Source: a virus | Direction: 5' to 3' (one strand) | Length of the DNA stretch: 29,351 nucleotides | IMG/VR virus record: IMGVR_UViG_3300012352_000279 | Location: 1 to 29,351 of that record | Program-made: the position numbers and the translations under genes | Shown here: positions 29,295 to 29,351 of the stretch, piece after piece | Position numbering within the stretch: the first letter of the stretch is position 1 | Layout: each line of letters begins with the position of its first letter | The notes under the pieces: generated by a model | The model's database searches: none | The model's input: the letters and a program-made list of their open reading frames with translations, nothing else | What the model was told of the DNA's origin: nothing

Positions 29295-29351
29295 CTTTTT
29301 TTGTAAAATAATTTGACTAATTACAAAGTTGTTCGTCTTTTCCTCGTATTC
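29271..29351 (-). CDS. 3' end of the wrap-around DnaA domain IV-like gene (same gene as 1..400)
   Basis: Reading through the 55-bp overlap gives ...EYEEKTNNFVISQIILQKKFESMKVV, then TAG at 29271-29273. Confidence 0.7.
   Translation of the reverse strand, partial: EYEEKTNNFVISQIILQKKFESMKVV
29297..29351. repeat. second copy of the 55-bp terminal duplication
   Basis: Identical to 1-55. Confidence 0.9.

Noticed and set aside
1-29351. tRNA genes, CRISPR arrays, reverse transcriptase/DGR or retron elements, toxin-antitoxin pairs, homing endonucleases and introns
   Set aside because: Intergenic gaps are all under 230 bp and are accounted for by promoters and terminators. I saw no cloverleaf-capable GC-rich segment, no regularly spaced direct repeats longer than the 11-bp arrays, and no ORF with RT (YxDD) or HNH/LAGLIDADG motifs apart from the NinG zinc-binding region.

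Overview
This window is a complete, circularly closed assembly of an AT-rich tailed dsDNA phage genome. Bases 1-55 recur exactly at 29297-29351, which looks like an assembler overlap, so the unit genome is 29,296 bp. One gene (DnaA domain IV-like, 400->1 then 29296->29271) wraps the junction. There are about 60 tightly packed genes, all on the minus strand except one overlapping pair (9898-11143, +). About 20 junctions are 4-nt ATGA stop/start overlaps, and no Shine-Dalgarno sequences are visible. Host-type promoters fit the Bacteroidota TTG(-33)/TAnnTTTG(-7) pattern, so the host is probably a Bacteroidota (Flavobacteriia-like) bacterium. I saw no integrase, tRNA, CRISPR array, DNA polymerase or primase. 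It therefore looks like a virulent siphovirus-type phage that uses the host replisome.

Gene order on the minus strand, from 29294 downward:
- Early block 1: early promoter and structured leader, PD-(D/E)XK nuclease, replication initiator (with an internal iteron array), DnaB-like helicase, small ORFs, NinG/Rap-like resolvase.
- Early block 2: second promoter, ERF annealase, a 125-aa ORF, YqaJ/lambda-Exo-like exonuclease, an 81-aa protein with an SSB-type DLPF tail, XRE HTH, terminator.
- Middle block: membrane protein, sigma-like factor, TerS, TerL.
- Late block: fibre/baseplate genes, tape measure, neck proteins, [plus-strand pair], XkdF-like protease/scaffold, major capsid, tail tube, portal, holin, spanin-like protein, metallophosphoesterase, M23 endolysin, terminator.
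- Final block: promoter, then eleven small genes ending in the DnaA-IV-like gene.

Most interesting observations:
1. A bipartite TGAAC-N15/16-ACAT(T/A)ATA(A)GT element sits directly against four late-gene ATGs. It is a candidate phage-specific late promoter, possibly giving leaderless mRNAs. A phage-encoded sigma-like gene lies just upstream of the late region.
2. An acidic paralogous gene pair lies on the opposite strand inside the late module. It has an early-type promoter and no terminator.
3. Four phased 11-bp iterons and a polypurine tract lie inside the replication initiator gene (candidate ori).
4. Both a tiny protein and the helicase carry SSB-like C-terminal LPF tails.

All functional calls rest on motif recognition by eye. 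No homology search could be run.
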